Positions 12,955-26,133 of a DNA stretch of 64,000 nt are shown here, one piece after another. Source of the stretch: Macrostomum lignano (lineage: Eukaryota); NCBI GenBank assembly GCA_002269645.1, contig NIVC01002814.1, forward strand, positions 74,441-138,440. The letters are read 5' to 3'. Each line of letters starts with the position of its first letter. Position 1 is the stretch's first letter. The position numbers were made by a program, and so were the translations under genes. Under the pieces are notes generated by a model, which had not been told where the DNA came from, did no database searches, and was given only the letters and a program-made list of their open reading frames with translations.

Positions 12955-13190
12955 TCGAGAGGTCAGTTGATCCCATACTGAGAGTCTGGAAGGTCAGTTG
13001 AACCCCTACAGAGGCTGGGAGGTCAATTGACTACCTACAGAGGTTGGGAAGTCACTTGACCCCTGCAGAGTCTGGGAGGCCCGTCCCTAGAGTCAGAGAG
13101 GTCAGTTGACTCCCTACAGAGAGTCTGGTATGTCAGTTGACTCCCTACAGATAACCTGAGAGGTCAGTTGACCCCTACAGAGAGTCCCAG
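12955..13190. repeat. Diverged ~30-bp tandem repeat, about 8 copies
   Basis: GAGGTCAGTTGACCCCTACAGAGAGTCTGG variants. Confidence 0.8.
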
Positions 13191-13884
13191 TGGTTTCATC
13201 GCAAAGCTATTGTGAAAATTTAGGGGTGGTGTTAATTTTTTGAGCCAAAGCCAATAAACAGCATGTTAAAGCCACATACATAGGAGTAACGCACACACTT
13301 AGGCTAATGAAAAAGTACATTGCAGAAAACGAGCAATAAATTATACCGATTGCACTCTAGCTGTGTAGGGTGGGAAAAATTTGACAAGAACATTTTAATA
13401 ATCATAATTTTGAAGTGTTGACATAGTCAAACTGTTATTGACAACAGGCGCCTGCATTGAGATGGAAAACAGAAATGAATTAATAGAGTACAAACTTGGT
13501 GAAAGCTTGAGATATAAAGTACACAGTGTACTGTGACTCCGATCTGGCCTCACTGATAGCCGTCTTCAAGTTCGCCTTCTTCGTCATCTAGCGCAATATT
13601 AGCGCCTGACAGAGTGCGCGCCATCTGCGCCACCCAGCCTAGGATTGACTGGCGCCAGTTCTCGTCTCCCATCGCGCGCTCTCCCAGCAGGGGGTCGATT
13701 TCGGCGGTCCGAAGACTCAGACTTCGGTCTCGGCGAGTGTGGGAGAACAGTTGCTGCGGTGCGGGAGAGCGGGGTGTGAAATGACAGGTCTGCTTCTAGT
13801 TAAGGATCGGCAAACTCTGGACCGCAAAACACCTCTATCCGGCCCTCGGGTCCTTTGAAACCTTTGACCGGGGTTTGTGTCTCT

Positions 13885-14325
13885 TCACAGCTCTCTCTCC
13901 TCTCTTCTCTCTACTCTCTCCTCTCTTCTGTCTCCTCTCTTCTCTCTACTCTCTTCTCTCTCTCCTCTCTTCTCTCTCCTCTCTTCTGTCTCCTCTCTTC
14001 TCTCTTCTCTCTTCTCTCTACTCTCTCCTCTCTTGTCTCCTCTCTTCTCTCTCCTCTCTTCTCTCTACTCTCTCCTCTCTTCTGTCTCCTCTCTTCTCTC
14101 TTCTCTCTTCTCTCTACTCTCTCCTCTCTTGTCTCCTCTCTTCTCTCTTCTCTCTTCTCTCTACTCTTTCACCTCTTCTCTCTACTCTCTCTTGCCTCCT
14201 CTCTCGCCTCTTCTCTCATTTTTCTTCTCTTTCACCTCTCCTCTCCTCTCCTCTCCTCTCCTCTCCTCTAATCTCCTCTTCTCTCCCTTTCTCGTCTCTC
14301 CTCTCCTCTCCTCTTCTCTTCTCTG
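13885..14325. repeat. CT-rich low-complexity satellite
   Basis: CTCTCTTCT/CTCTC repeats. Confidence 0.92.
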
Positions 14326-14348
14326 TCTATCTATTATAGAGAGTGTAT

Positions 14349-14735
14349 CCATAGATAAAGTATACATAGATTCCACCCCTGCCCCCGCGGAGTGTCTAAA
14401 TTGTGACCATCACTTTATTCACTGCGCTCCTATTGGCTGGGCCACGCTATGCACATTGAGTCCACGTGTGTACATTCCCCCAACTCCGGAACACTTGCGT
14501 GTCGACTTCATTCTTGCTAAACTGTTGAAACTGGTAAGACATCCTTTCGTTCCGCGCATTAAAGTTATAAAGCTTTCTTGTGTGGAAGGGGTGAGGGAAT
14601 GAAATCGAAGGGGTTGAAAGGAAGGCTTTCGCGCCAGCCAATGAGAGCACGGTGAGTTTTATGGTGGTCAAAGTTTGGACACGAGCGTGTGTACATTCTG
14701 GGCAGGGGTGGAATCTATGTATACTTTATCTATGG
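14349..14735. mobile_element. Foldback/MITE-like element with 36-bp perfect terminal inverted repeats
   Basis: 14349-14384 CCATAGATAAAGTATACATAGATTCCACCCCTGCCC is the exact reverse complement of 14700-14735; degenerate IR continues inward (14398-14442 vs 14631-14676); no TSD seen. Confidence 0.75.
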
Positions 14736-14772
14736 CTGGGCCCAATTTAACAGCCCCACCCCACTCCCCGGG

Positions 14773-14816
14773 GGTTCGGGCCATAGATAAAGTATACTTT
14801 ATCTATGGTTCGGGCC
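14773..14816. mobile_element. 24-bp perfect palindrome made of the same element's termini, flanked by a 10-bp direct repeat
   Basis: GGTTCGGGCC-ATAGATAAAGTATACTTTATCTAT-GGTTCGGGCC. Confidence 0.65.
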
Positions 14817-15851
14817 GGGCCGCGGGCCGGGGGGTGAAGGGGCATGTACATTCTATTCAAATTGTACGCACACTAAACTTGTCTTACACTATAATGACGA
14901 CAGTTTCTTGTACATTGCAAGAGCCAATTTTAACTCGCAGCGGGGGGCAGGGGGTTGGGCAGCTGGGCTGGGCTGTCCTGGCGGCCCGTCTGACCGGCGT
15001 CCCCCGGGGTGAAGGCGTGAGCTGGCGAGGGCAGCTAAAATTAGCTATGAGTACGAGCGTATGAAGACATTCATATAACAGGGCGTTAATCTTTAAATTG
15101 TAATGATAACAATTGTAATGATATCAGCATTGTAATGATAACATGCTGACTGACTACGGTATAATTGTGGTTTATTTTTGGCTGCGCTTTTGTTATTGTA
15201 TTATGGTACAGCCGCATGTTGCAGCACAATTAGTCACATTCGATACAGGCAGGGAAGTGAAAAAATAAGATTTTTTATCCAGAGTGGGTCTCGTGACTCT
15301 TAGATGCGGCATCGTCTGTTTTTTTAAACCTATTGACCCACTTAGTAGCTTTCCGAGAAGCAGAAGAAACGCATTTTTAAATTTAAATGACATGGCTCTA
15401 TCACAGTACGATCATAATAAATAAGTAATATCCTAGCAATACTGTATTATATAATTTGGAAAAGTCTTTCGCGTACATGTATGGGATGAATTATAATGTA
15501 TACATTGATCAGTAGTGAAGGGGTCTCACGGGTCGCCGTTTTATTGGCAAATTCACGTAAAGAAAACATTTTGCTGGATTTTTTTCCGGAACTGCAATAA
15601 AAGTTTTGTTCGGATTGTTCCTGTTCCACCAAACGTTCTCTCGTTTAAACACACACAGAAAATGATAAATACAAACTGTCAGTTGCAGTTTATAGTAAAC
15701 TGCAGAAAATAACGAAACATAAATGCGAACTTGCTTACTTACCATAGTAGCCTATTGCGAAGCACGAAGCAGACGGTGTTTTCAGTTTGATGAGAAAACT
15801 CTAACATTCTCGAAATTTATCTATCAATTAATCAATGTCAAAAACCAAATA

Positions 15852-16135
15852 AGGTTGGTAATGAGAGGGGGCAGGTGACCCCTTCTATGGAGTAAGCTGC
15901 AAGGCTCATTATATTGGAGATGGAGACAGGTGACCCGCTTCAACGAATCCTATGAAGCTATAGGGGTCATTTTAGAAGTAAAAAACAAGGTTGGTAATTA
16001 GAGGGGGCAGGTGACCCCCTTCTATGCATTAAACTGCAAGGCTCATTATATTGGAGATGGATACAGGTGACTCGCTTCAACGAATCCCATGAAGCTACAG
16101 GGGTCATTCTAGAAGCAAGAGGGCGGCAGGTGACC
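15852..16135. repeat. Two tandem copies of a ~136-bp unit
   Basis: AGGTTGGTAAT.AGAGGGGGCAGGTGACCCC at 15852 and 15988, both followed by AAGGCTCATTATATTGGAGATGGA. Confidence 0.8.
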
Positions 16136-16449
16136 TTTCCAAATGTTTTGACATCACATTTACCATATTACTATATGTAGTTTCCATTCCAAGTTTTTTT
16201 CGTAAGCAGACTGGCGTCCCTGGCTAAAAAGAAACCAGTTCGCGCTATGAGTCATTCTCAACGCGCGAAGATTTAAACATAGTCGCCCCACACGCACCCG
16301 CCAGAATAAAAGTGCATCTCATTTCCTAGAAACACGCCCCGTTGCCGTCCCCTCCTCCGCGCCAACCTCCTCTTTCTAGACTGTACTGCAGTCTGCCCGG
16401 TCTGTCAACTGCGCGCACTGTATCAGCCCGTCAGAAGTGGCCACGTCGT

Positions 16450-16471
16450 GTTATATAAATTGTACAGAGAA
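16450..16471 (+). promoter_or_regulatory. Putative TATA element of triplicated unit A
   Basis: GTTATATAAATTGTACAGAGAA is identical at 26134-26155 in unit C and lies ~160 nt upstream of a conserved splice donor. Confidence 0.4.
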
Positions 16472-16779
16472 CACAGAGAGAGCTGTACAGACAGGGCCTC
16501 TGCCTCAGTACAGAAGGCTTGATTATATATAGACAAACATTTCTTCACTAGAGGGCCGCCAATCCAACCAATTCCTGATTCATTATTTGGCGTCGTTCAA
16601 TCAGTCTACCCAATGGCTTACTAGAAGGTAAGAACAGATTAGCGATGGCTATCATTAACTTCATAATTCGAAAGAATCCAAAATATTCGTTTCGTTTGTT
16701 GAAATTTAGTTCCTTAACTTCCTTCCTGGAGGGGGAAACCGCTTTAAGAATCCCATGGAGGTACCAGTACCAGTTACGC

Positions 16780-17335
16780 GTTAGTATGGGGGCAGTGACC
16801 CTTCACAATCCCGTGAAGCTACAAGGTTAATGAGTGTACTGTACATGTAGGGGGGGGGGGCAGGTGACCCTTCATAATCCCGTGAAGCTACAAGGTTAAT
16901 GAGTGTACTGTACATGTAGGGGGGGGCAGGTGACCCTTCATAATCCCGTGAAGCTACAAGGTTAATGAGTGTACTGTACATGTAGGGGGGGGGCAGGTGA
17001 CCCTTCATAATCCCGTGAAGCTACAAGGTTAATGAGTGTACTGTACATGTAGGGGGGGAGGGCAGGTGACCCTTCATAATCCCGTGAAGCTACAAGGTTA
17101 ATGAGTGTACTGTACATGTAGGGGGGAGGGCAGGTGACCCTTCATAATCCCGTGAAGCTACAATGTTAATGAGTGTACTGTACATGTAGGGGGGGGGGTA
17201 GGGCAGGTGACCCTTCATAATCCCGTGAAGCTACAAGGTTAATGAGTGTACTGTACATGTAGGGGGGGGGGGCAGGTGACCCTTCACAAAATCCCGTGAA
17301 GCTGAGGTTAGTGAGTATACTGTAGGGGGGCAGGT
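16780..17335. repeat. ~65-72-bp minisatellite with variable G-runs (unit A putative intron 1)
   Basis: CAGGTGACCCTTCATAATCCCGTGAAGCTACAAGGTTAATGAGTGTACTGTACATGTAG + (G)n. Confidence 0.93.
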
Positions 17336-17339
17336 GACC

Positions 17340-17543
<204 letters not shown>

Positions 17544-18039
17544 GTCAAGAAGTTACCGTCCTTATTTCTAGTAGTCCTTGGTACCAACAAAGATCCCCAA
17601 GTATCCCTTCTCACATCCGCAGATCCAGCGGCTTTCCGGAATCGCAGCGGGTGGAAAAGCGCTGGGAGTTGCGCGAGAGGGGAATGGACGAGATAACAAC
17701 AGAGATGGAACAAGAATTCAATGCTGGTGCATTGAGTTCGAATTGAGAACGTCAATTTAACCGCTCACTAACGACGGTCGGAGCACTCGTCGATGTCATC
17801 TGCTTCATCAATCGCGTCATCGCGTCTTTACTCCCTCTTTTAATATATTCATCATTTAATTTTCTTTCCGTTTTTGGTCCGTCTCTAATTTCATTAATTC
17901 TCATTTTGTATTTTTATATTTTATTAATCATTCCATCTCCATCTCCATAGAAAGTATTGTCTCTAAATAACCCAGGGTCCCTGTCTCTCTGTGGAAACCC
18001 TAATCTATGGTCTCACATCTACTTGCATGGCCTCTCATC

Positions 18040-19065
18040 CAGGTGTAGCCCTGCAGTTTACCTGGATACCTAGGGGGGGGGGTAATCCTGTAGTTCACCT
18101 GGATACCTAGGGGTAGGGATAATCCTGTAGTTCACCTGGATACCCAGGGGTGGGGGTAATCCTGCAGTTCACCTGGATACCTAGGAGGGGGGGGTAATCC
18201 TGTAGTTCACCTGGATACCTAGGGGGTAATCCTGTAGTTCACCTGGATACATAGGGGGGTAATTCTGCAGTTCACCTGGATACCTAGGGGGGGGGGTAAT
18301 CCTGCAGTTCACCTGGATACCCCTAGGGGGATATTAGTTCACCTGGATACCTGGGGGGGGTAATCCTGTAGTTCACCTGGATACCTAGTGGGGGGAGGTA
18401 ATCCTGTAGTTCACCTGGATACCTGGGGGGGGGTAATCCTGTAGTTCACCTGGATACCTAGGGGGGGGGGGTAATCCTGTAGTGTAGTTCACCTGGATAC
18501 CTAGGGGGTAATCCTGTAGTTCACCTGGATACCTAGGGGGTAATCCTGTAGTTCACCTGGATACATAGGGGGTAATCCTGCAGTTCACCTGGATACCTAG
18601 GGGGGGGGGGTAATCCTGCAGTTCACCTGGATACCCCTAGGGGGATATTAGTTCACCTGGATACCTAGGGGGATAACCCTGTAGTTCACCTGGATACCTA
18701 GTGGGGGGGTAATCCTGTAGTTCACCTGGATACCTAGGGGGTAATCCTGCAGTTCACCTGGATACCTAGGGGTAGGGATAATCCTGTAGTTCACCTGGAT
18801 ACCTAGGGGTGGGGGTAATCCTGTAGTTCACCTGGATACCTAGGGGGTAATCCTGCAGTTCACCTGGATACCTAGTGGGTAATTCTGCAGTTCACCTGGA
18901 TACCTAGTGGGTAATTCTGCAGTTCACCTGGATACCTAGGGGGTAATCCTGCAGTTCACCTGGATACCTAGTGGGTAATTCTGCAGTTCACCTGGATACC
19001 TAGGGGGGATCCTGTAGTTCACCTGTACTTTGGATGGTGGTAACCCTGTAGTTCACCTGAATTCC
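18040..19065. repeat. ~32-38-bp minisatellite with G-runs
   Basis: GTAATCCTGTAGTTCACCTGGATACCTAGGGG variants. Confidence 0.95.
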
Positions 19066-19835
19066 TTAGTGGTATAATTTTAATAGTCTCGACCCAACAT
19101 ATTTGGGACTCTAATTTATCTGGACTCTCATTCATCCCACCTTACCAGCCTTTATTTCTGTTACTTCCCCTCAAAATTCTTACCTCACATCGGTTTTTGG
19201 TTTTGTGAACCAAATTCCGGCGGAAGAGTTCCTCTTATTCGAGGAACGACTTTTAAGCCCACGGCGATGATGCCATGGCAACAGCTGTCAAACTTGCGAC
19301 CCAACATAATTAGTCTTCCTACTTAGAACTAATTATTGATTGGAGTTGATCGGAGACAGCAGCCTCTATGACTACGCCTACTGCGCGTGACGAATTAAAC
19401 AATTCGGTCTCAGGTAGGACGTAAATGGGCTACACTTACTGACCGTATAATTTTTGCGGTTCAGCAAAACCGACGCCATTGGTGATAGAAGCTTCAAACT
19501 GAAGAGACATCTTCTACGCCGATGAGAGAATTTGTAAATCGATCGTGCTGTCGAGAGTCTTCTGGATTGAGAAGATTGATCGACTCGACCAGGATTGAGA
19601 CTCGACAAGGCAGCATGGTCGTAAACTTCATCCTTCGACTAACTAACTAAAGATATGGGGAATCAACAAGACAAGCGCGGGCCTACACACTACGATCAAA
19701 ATTGACCTAGACATGAATAAATGGGTTCAACATCGGGATATTCGCCAACGAAAGCTTGTTTTAACCATCTAGTTTGCGAGATAAGCATTTTCGTTTCCGG
19801 TAGCTGCGATTGAAATCATATTATTTCGAAGACAA

Positions 19836-20309
19836 ATGACATTAAGAGAAACCTGTCTGCCAACCCAACCTCTCTGGGACACGATGCCACCCGATGTTGG
19901 AGAATATCTGCTTCTCGCAATGTCAATATCCAGTCGGAAGTTTATTAGCGAGCGATTGCTTCGTCAGCACAGAGACCACGTCACAGTGTATCGTCCAGCA
20001 GATAAGCAGTCTGACAACAATTTCTGCTCGACGATTTTCAACTTCAACGAAGTTGAAAATGATTTTCCAGCGCTGAGAATCAAGACGACCAGCTCGAGAA
20101 GTGTGCAACAGACGTCCGCTGTTGCTGCTAGGCTACCGGAGGGCAGCTTCCTGCACGAGTGCTACCTGGTGAAGCTGCATGACGGCTGGGAGACCAACGC
20201 CCCGCTCCGAAGACTCCTAGCGGCGGCTTCAACTGGTTGCCGAATGCTGTCGGCTTGCAGAAGTGCTGACTCTGAGCTGCTGGATGTGCACTGCGATTCC
20301 GGGTCTTGA
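19836..20309 (+). CDS. Unknown small protein, paralog A of the triplicated family (157 aa, or 141 aa from ATG 19884)
   Basis: Shares SI..R.FIS...R..RD and C.LV.LHDGWE.N..L..LL..AS with the ORFs at 24503 and 29243. Confidence 0.6.
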   Translation: MTLRETCLPTQPLWDTMPPDVGEYLLLAMSISSRKFISERLLRQHRDHVTVYRPADKQSDNNFCSTIFNFNEVENDFPALRIKTTSSRSVQQTSAVAARLPEGSFLHECYLVKLHDGWETNAPLRRLLAAASTGCRMLSACRSADSELLDVHCDSGS

Positions 20310-23300
20310 TTGATCATCTACAGCGAATAAAGCTAGCGCAGTTTTGTTTTAGTGCTTGCGTTCCGTACTCGCATTGCTGATATAGTATTACTGTTGTTGT
20401 TCAGCAGCTAACTCATGCAGAAAACTGAGTTAATTGAAACTCAAAATTTGTTTATTTAAGCTTTAAAACCGGATGTTTTGTAAGTACTTTACAAAAATCT
20501 TTTAATAAAATATTTTAGTACTTTTATTAAAAAAATTATCAGTGTACGAGATACTCATCCTATGCATATACTATTATATATCTACTGCAATATAACTGTC
20601 GATCAATTAATTAAATGTTTCATAATTTATTTAGAAGAAATTGCTTCAATTTTTATGGCAAAAATTCAGATTATTTATGTTTTTTAACTATTTAATTTTC
20701 ATTCAAATACAGTAGCTTTTTCATAAAATTTTGCGCGAAAGCTATTGTTTTAACCAAATACATATATAATAATAATAATTATATATATAAAACTATTATA
20801 TATTTATATATATGTATATACGCTCGTAATTAGAATTGCAACTTCGTTTCTATTCTTCTTCTAATTGTAGCCATTTATGCTTCATTTATGTAATATGCGA
20901 GCAGTAAAGTTATTATCTCGAAAACTGGAATAATTGTTAATTTTAATATACGGTACTATACCCATATTCGAGCTAGCTACTGCAATTATTTCTCTTTTTC
21001 TCTTGTTTTCTCTTATTTTTTTCTCTTATTTTCTCTTATCTTCTCTCTCTAATTATTTCTCTTATTTTCAGAATTTCGTCATCATCGCTCACTTTAACTA
21101 TAACGAGTCCAAATTTTTGTTGATAATACATTAAATAATATCTCTACCTATAAAAATGAAATTTAAATTTAAATATAAAAATGTTTCATCTAGTCATACA
21201 TGTACGTAAAGTACATAATTAATAAATAATGAGTGTTCGATAAATTTTATAAGCAATTTTTTATTTATAAGTGACATCGACTATACCATTTGAAATGTAT
21301 ATGTATAACCCTACCTTGTGACCCATTGTGGGAATCAATAATTTATGTATCAGAGTGTCTGCGACGCCAAAATGAGGTGCTAGCAACATCGATTTCCAAA
21401 ATAATGTACAATAGGAATTTAGTCTGTATAGAATTATTGGCTTTGTTTCCCCCAACATAAAATCCATGGCGACCCCTGCGCCCTATCCTAAACCCTAACC
21501 CAGTAACCATAGCCCAAATCAGCATTGTGCGTGTTGTTTTCTTTTGTTGCATGCATGGCCCAAGGACAGTGCTATAGAAATCCCTGGACAGGAATCCTAC
21601 TTAGTATACTCGTACGAGCATGTAGCTGTAGCTACTATTGGTACGTAGTCCTTGTTCTAGTCGTTCTATGTCGTGTTGCCATTCCCCGTTTCAGACTACT
21701 TCGTAATTAAGGAACGGGTTTTCAGTTGGTAGCTAAATAAAGCAATACTAACAGCAAATTCTAGGAAATGCTGAAGTAAAACGTTTCGTCATACGCATGA
21801 AGTAACGGTTGCAAAAGAGAGAAATTTAAATTCCAAGAAATTTATTGCGAATACAACTCACGCCTATTGTGTGTGTGTGATGTACTTGAGCTACGAGTAC
21901 GTTTGTATGCGATAAAAACGCGCGTAATCTTTTTTAGTACCTCATCACTCACCCTCTACCACCCCGTCTATCGCTCAATATATAGAGCCAGAATTTCCTG
22001 GGCAGACATTAAGCAGAGAGAACAGACCAGTTAATATCTACAGAAGCCGCAATTGTTTTGCGTATGGCTTGGCTGTGGTGAGTAGACTGTTTTTTATCCT
22101 TTCAAAACGATCCAACAACTATGTAAGCTAGTGAACGTAATGACGGATCAAAGATTAAGTATCCAACAGATTATTGTGAACCCTTTAGGAGGAGGGGGCT
22201 AGGGGCTAGGAGGGGGGGGCAGATGACCTCTCGCAGATTTCCATGAAGTTATAATATTAGTGTTAGTGAGGGAAGGAGAGCAAATGACCTCGTCGTAGAA
22301 TCTAATGACGCTCAGACTTTGGTGCCAGCAGTGGGTAAATTGACAGTGGTTGACAATCGCTAATCTTATAATTATAATCTTTTCGTACCAAATGTATCCC
22401 CCCACAGAGTCAGCAGCGGTATTCGGGGGGCCAACGGGGTGGCGAGCGGGGTTAAATTTGCGACGGCTTCCAAGGATGAAAGAGATCCAACATCTGAGAG
22501 TGAGTGAATGGCTGACCGGAAATCTCGACGGAGTTCAACCATCTGCAGCAACTCCCGAGAGACTCTGAGACGGCTTTTATTATTTCGGATTGGAGGAGTG
22601 CTCAACGATCTCATCTACTCACCTATCACCTCACCTTTTCTTTCTTCGAATTCTTCGAATTCCAATAGCCACTATTAATTTTTTTCGTTTATTTGCTCTT
22701 AGAATATTATTTGCGTTTAAGTCTTCAGTATTACCCCTTACAGTTTGTTTATTTTATATATTTCCTTCAACTCCTTTCCCTCATACAATTCTGACTCTTA
22801 TTTGGTAGAGCGTGCGCGAACATGTGTGAGACTCAAGTGGAGTTGAACGTCGTTCCCGGACTCGTCGGAAGCAGAGGCGACTTGTTGCCGCAGTAGGTAA
22901 TACTTGCCTCAGCCGACACTTCGATTACGCGAGTGGCATCTGAACTTTCGGAATCAGCCCCGCCTAGTCATAGCGTCGTGGACGATTGTCCAATATTAGT
23001 AGTCAATGCTATCGCTATTAAGCGTAGTTTCTACTTTTTTTCGGCACGCCTGGTGATACCAAATAGAAGGACTGGAATGTGCCTACGCAGAAGTCGTGCT
23101 TTCGTTTACGAACGTCGACAAACTGTTATTAGTTTTGTTCTGTCGCCATGTAGCTTGACAAGCAATGAAACGCTTTCTACCTAATATTTCAATCGACTGA
23201 TGTATCAGTTTTCGGAAAGGTGGTCAGTTCAGAACTCTCTGGTTAAGCTACCTTGCTGTTTAAGCTGAACGAACTCTGTTATACTAGCTCTGGCTGAGCT

Positions 23301-23578
23301 GGAGATCGTGTACTTCTAATACAATTTTGGATACAGTTCAAATTGAGCAGTCATAAGCTCAATGAGATTTCTTCGAATAGCTGAATACTCTGAGGAGAGC
23401 AACACTGCCGCACCGCTTCGGCTTGTAAGATCGGACCTGACCGTTCTTAAGTTTCGGTAAAAGTTTTGTCGGCAATCAGCAGTAAACTGGGAATCACCAG
23501 CACTAAAAATCGGGCGATCTCGCATACAGCAAGCATTCTGCACGGCGTCTGTCAGCGATTGTCGCTGAAGTGGTTGTT

Positions 23579-24313
23579 CCGTACAGCAATCCGACGTCCG
23601 GGATGTCGACCGACGTTGGTTCAATCCCGACGTCGGATTTCTGTACGTGTGTCATGCTGAATCCTATCAATCAAACAATTCTATCAAACAGTTTGATTGA
23701 TTGGATTTGGCAAAACGTCATCATCATCCGAGCAAGGACTACTGTAGTCCTACTATCCCGTACAGCAGTCCGACGTCAGGGATGTCGGTTGAGGTTTCCG
23801 ACATCTATCGATGTCGATGACAGATGAGTACTTTTACATTGCACCGACATTCAGCCGACGTATGACGTCGTTATCTGTCGATGTAATTTAAAAGCACGTA
23901 TTTGTCATCGACATCGATGGATGTCGGGAACGTCTGCCGATGCACTTGACGGCGGACTGCTGTACGGGTGTCATGCCGGATCCTATCAATCGAACTCAGT
24001 TGAACTCAATTCGATTAGTAGGATTTGGTGAAGTGTCATCATCATCCGAGCAAGGATCATTGTAGTGCTACAATACCGTACAGCAATCTGATGTCACGGA
24101 AGTCGGCTGACGTTTCCGACATCTATCGAAGTTTATGACAGATATATACTTTTACATTACATAACGGTGTCATACGTCGGCTGAAAGTCGGTGTAATGTA
24201 AAAGTACTTATCTGTCATCGACATCGATAGATGTCGAAAACGTCAACCGACATCCCTGACGATGTCGGATTGCTGTATGGGATAGTAGTGCTATAGTGGT
24301 CCTTGCAGCCGAG
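23579..24313. mobile_element. Cluster of hAT-like foldback MITE copies (short hairpin 23579-23647; arms 23733-23967 and 24051-24305)
   Basis: Termini CAAGGAC...GTCCTTG; 8-bp TSD CATCCGAG/CAGCCGAG; long internal inverted repeats; empty site CATCCGAG at 29046-29053 in unit C. Confidence 0.8.
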
Positions 24314-24502
24314 CACAAGAAAGATAAATGCGTCGTGAATAAAAACTACAACAAATGTTTAGAACAAGATCGAGCTTTCAAAGTAAGACGGCCAACATCA
24401 AATGCTGATTGTCTAAATGCTTGCTGGTTTGCGAGATGGCCCGATTGGTGTTCCCAGATGCTGCTTCGTGTTCTACAACTGGTTTAAGTCTTCTGATTAA
24501 CT

Positions 24503-24955
24503 ATGCCGACGGTTACAAGCCGACCAAACAAACCTGTTGGACAAAACATCATTGTCCTGCAGTCAATTAAAGATCGACATTTTATAAGCGATAAACAAAT
24601 TCGAAAGTTTAGAGACGTCTGCACCTTCCAACACCTGTCAGCAGTGCAGACTGGCGATCCAGGATTCGCCGAGTTCAGTCTCGCTGAGCTGCGATTGAGA
24701 GTGAGAATCCCAACGAATGTTTCTGTTTCTGAGCAACCTGGCCGGTTCCAACTTTACACCTGTATGCTGGTAGAGCTTCACGACGGCTGGGAAAGCAACT
24801 GTGACCTCAAGGAGCTTCTTCAGAGAGCATCTGGCCGCTTCCGTATTGAAGACAGCAGCAGAGGAGTGACGCGTGATGGAGCAGTGCAGGTGACTCTGGC
24901 TGTCAGTGAAACTGCTGTAGCATTTGATTTGTCCCACCTGGGCGTTGAGTTTTAA
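24503..24955 (+). CDS. Unknown small protein, paralog B (150 aa)
   Basis: Intact ORF with in-frame TAA just upstream; mostly synonymous differences from paralog C. Confidence 0.7.
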   Translation: MPTVTSRPNKPVGQNIIVLQSIKDRHFISDKQIRKFRDVCTFQHLSAVQTGDPGFAEFSLAELRLRVRIPTNVSVSEQPGRFQLYTCMLVELHDGWESNCDLKELLQRASGRFRIEDSSRGVTRDGAVQVTLAVSETAVAFDLSHLGVEF

Positions 24956-26133
24956 ACTTGTCTTTTGTCTGTCAATCGCTAATCTTACTTATTTCAGTGC
25001 AGGAGGCAAAAAGTAAACAGTTTTTGTATATTTATCCGATAAAATAAATCTAAAATGCATGCCCTATATATATATATAAACTCCATATATTCTCTTATTG
25101 TTCTTTCAAAAAATTGGTAATTCCTACTACGTTTTTCTGTAATTATTATATGTCTATATGTGTACCAGTTTCTCTTATTTCATACTGTATTCCAAAGACC
25201 CCAGAAAAAGTTTGATATATATTTTTAAATTCTTTAGCTGTTATTTTCCGTTTTTAACTAGGCAAAAAATAAATTGAAATAATTTGTTATAACAAAATTC
25301 AATTATTTTTGTTTATCCATTGTGAACTTTAGTTTCAAATAGTCGATAGTTATATTTGCTAGCGAATTGCAGCTATTGTAGCAAAATGTTGGCTGATTAG
25401 TAAAGCGTACTTTTCATAGCAAGAGAAGGAAGGAAAGAGAAAAGGTTCCATGTTCGGGCGGCAAATCCGCGATATTTCCAAGGCAATTCCGTGTAGTTTC
25501 CGGGCAGAGAGAATTCGTAGGAGACGAGAATTTGCTAAATTAAAATAGAGGCGCGCACTCCGCGTTTCGTCGACTGCCTGCAGGCTGATTGCGGCGCATT
25601 GCCTGCAGTTTCATCAGTTTTTTATCAATATCAAGAACCCAACAATGTCAGTGATGAGAGGGGGCAGTTGATCCCAAATTCTACGAATATTATGAAGCCG
25701 CGGGGTCTGTATATTGAAACCCTTCTACTATGAATCCCAGGAAGCTGCAGGGTCTTTGTAGAAGTAACGGAGGGGAGGGGGCAGTTGACCACCCTTAATA
25801 TTTTGACATCACATTTACCGGTATTTCGTTATTTCAATAGTTTTCAGGGGTAGTTTGGAATAGTTACATGTACAAGTTTCCATTCCAAGTGGTTGCTTAA
25901 ACAGACTATTATAACAAGTTTGCGTTATTTGTAATTGTAAGCGACGTTACTATATACGCGAAGATTTAAACAATAGTCGCCCCATACGCACCCGCCAGCC
26001 TAAAAGTGCGTCTCATTTCCAAGAAACACGCTTCCCTCCGCGCTACACTCGTCATTCTTGACTGTACTACTGCGCAGCTTGAGGTCTTTTACTGCGCGCA
26101 CTGTATTCAGACCGTCAGAGGTGGCTATGTAGA

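Noticed and set aside
13480-13587. Short minus-strand ORF MTKKANLKTAISEARSESQY...
   Set aside because: 35 aa, no convincing donor and no recognisable homology
13700-13730. RNase P RNA CR-I-like GAAGTCTGAG on the minus strand
   Set aside because: No matching CR-V (AATTCAGACT-like) segment downstream to form P4
24760-24800. BRCA2/RMI1 OB-fold similarity of LVELHDGW (cf. IELTDGW)
   Set aside because: Only a 6-7-residue resemblance; surrounding sequence does not align. It needs a structure search before any claim
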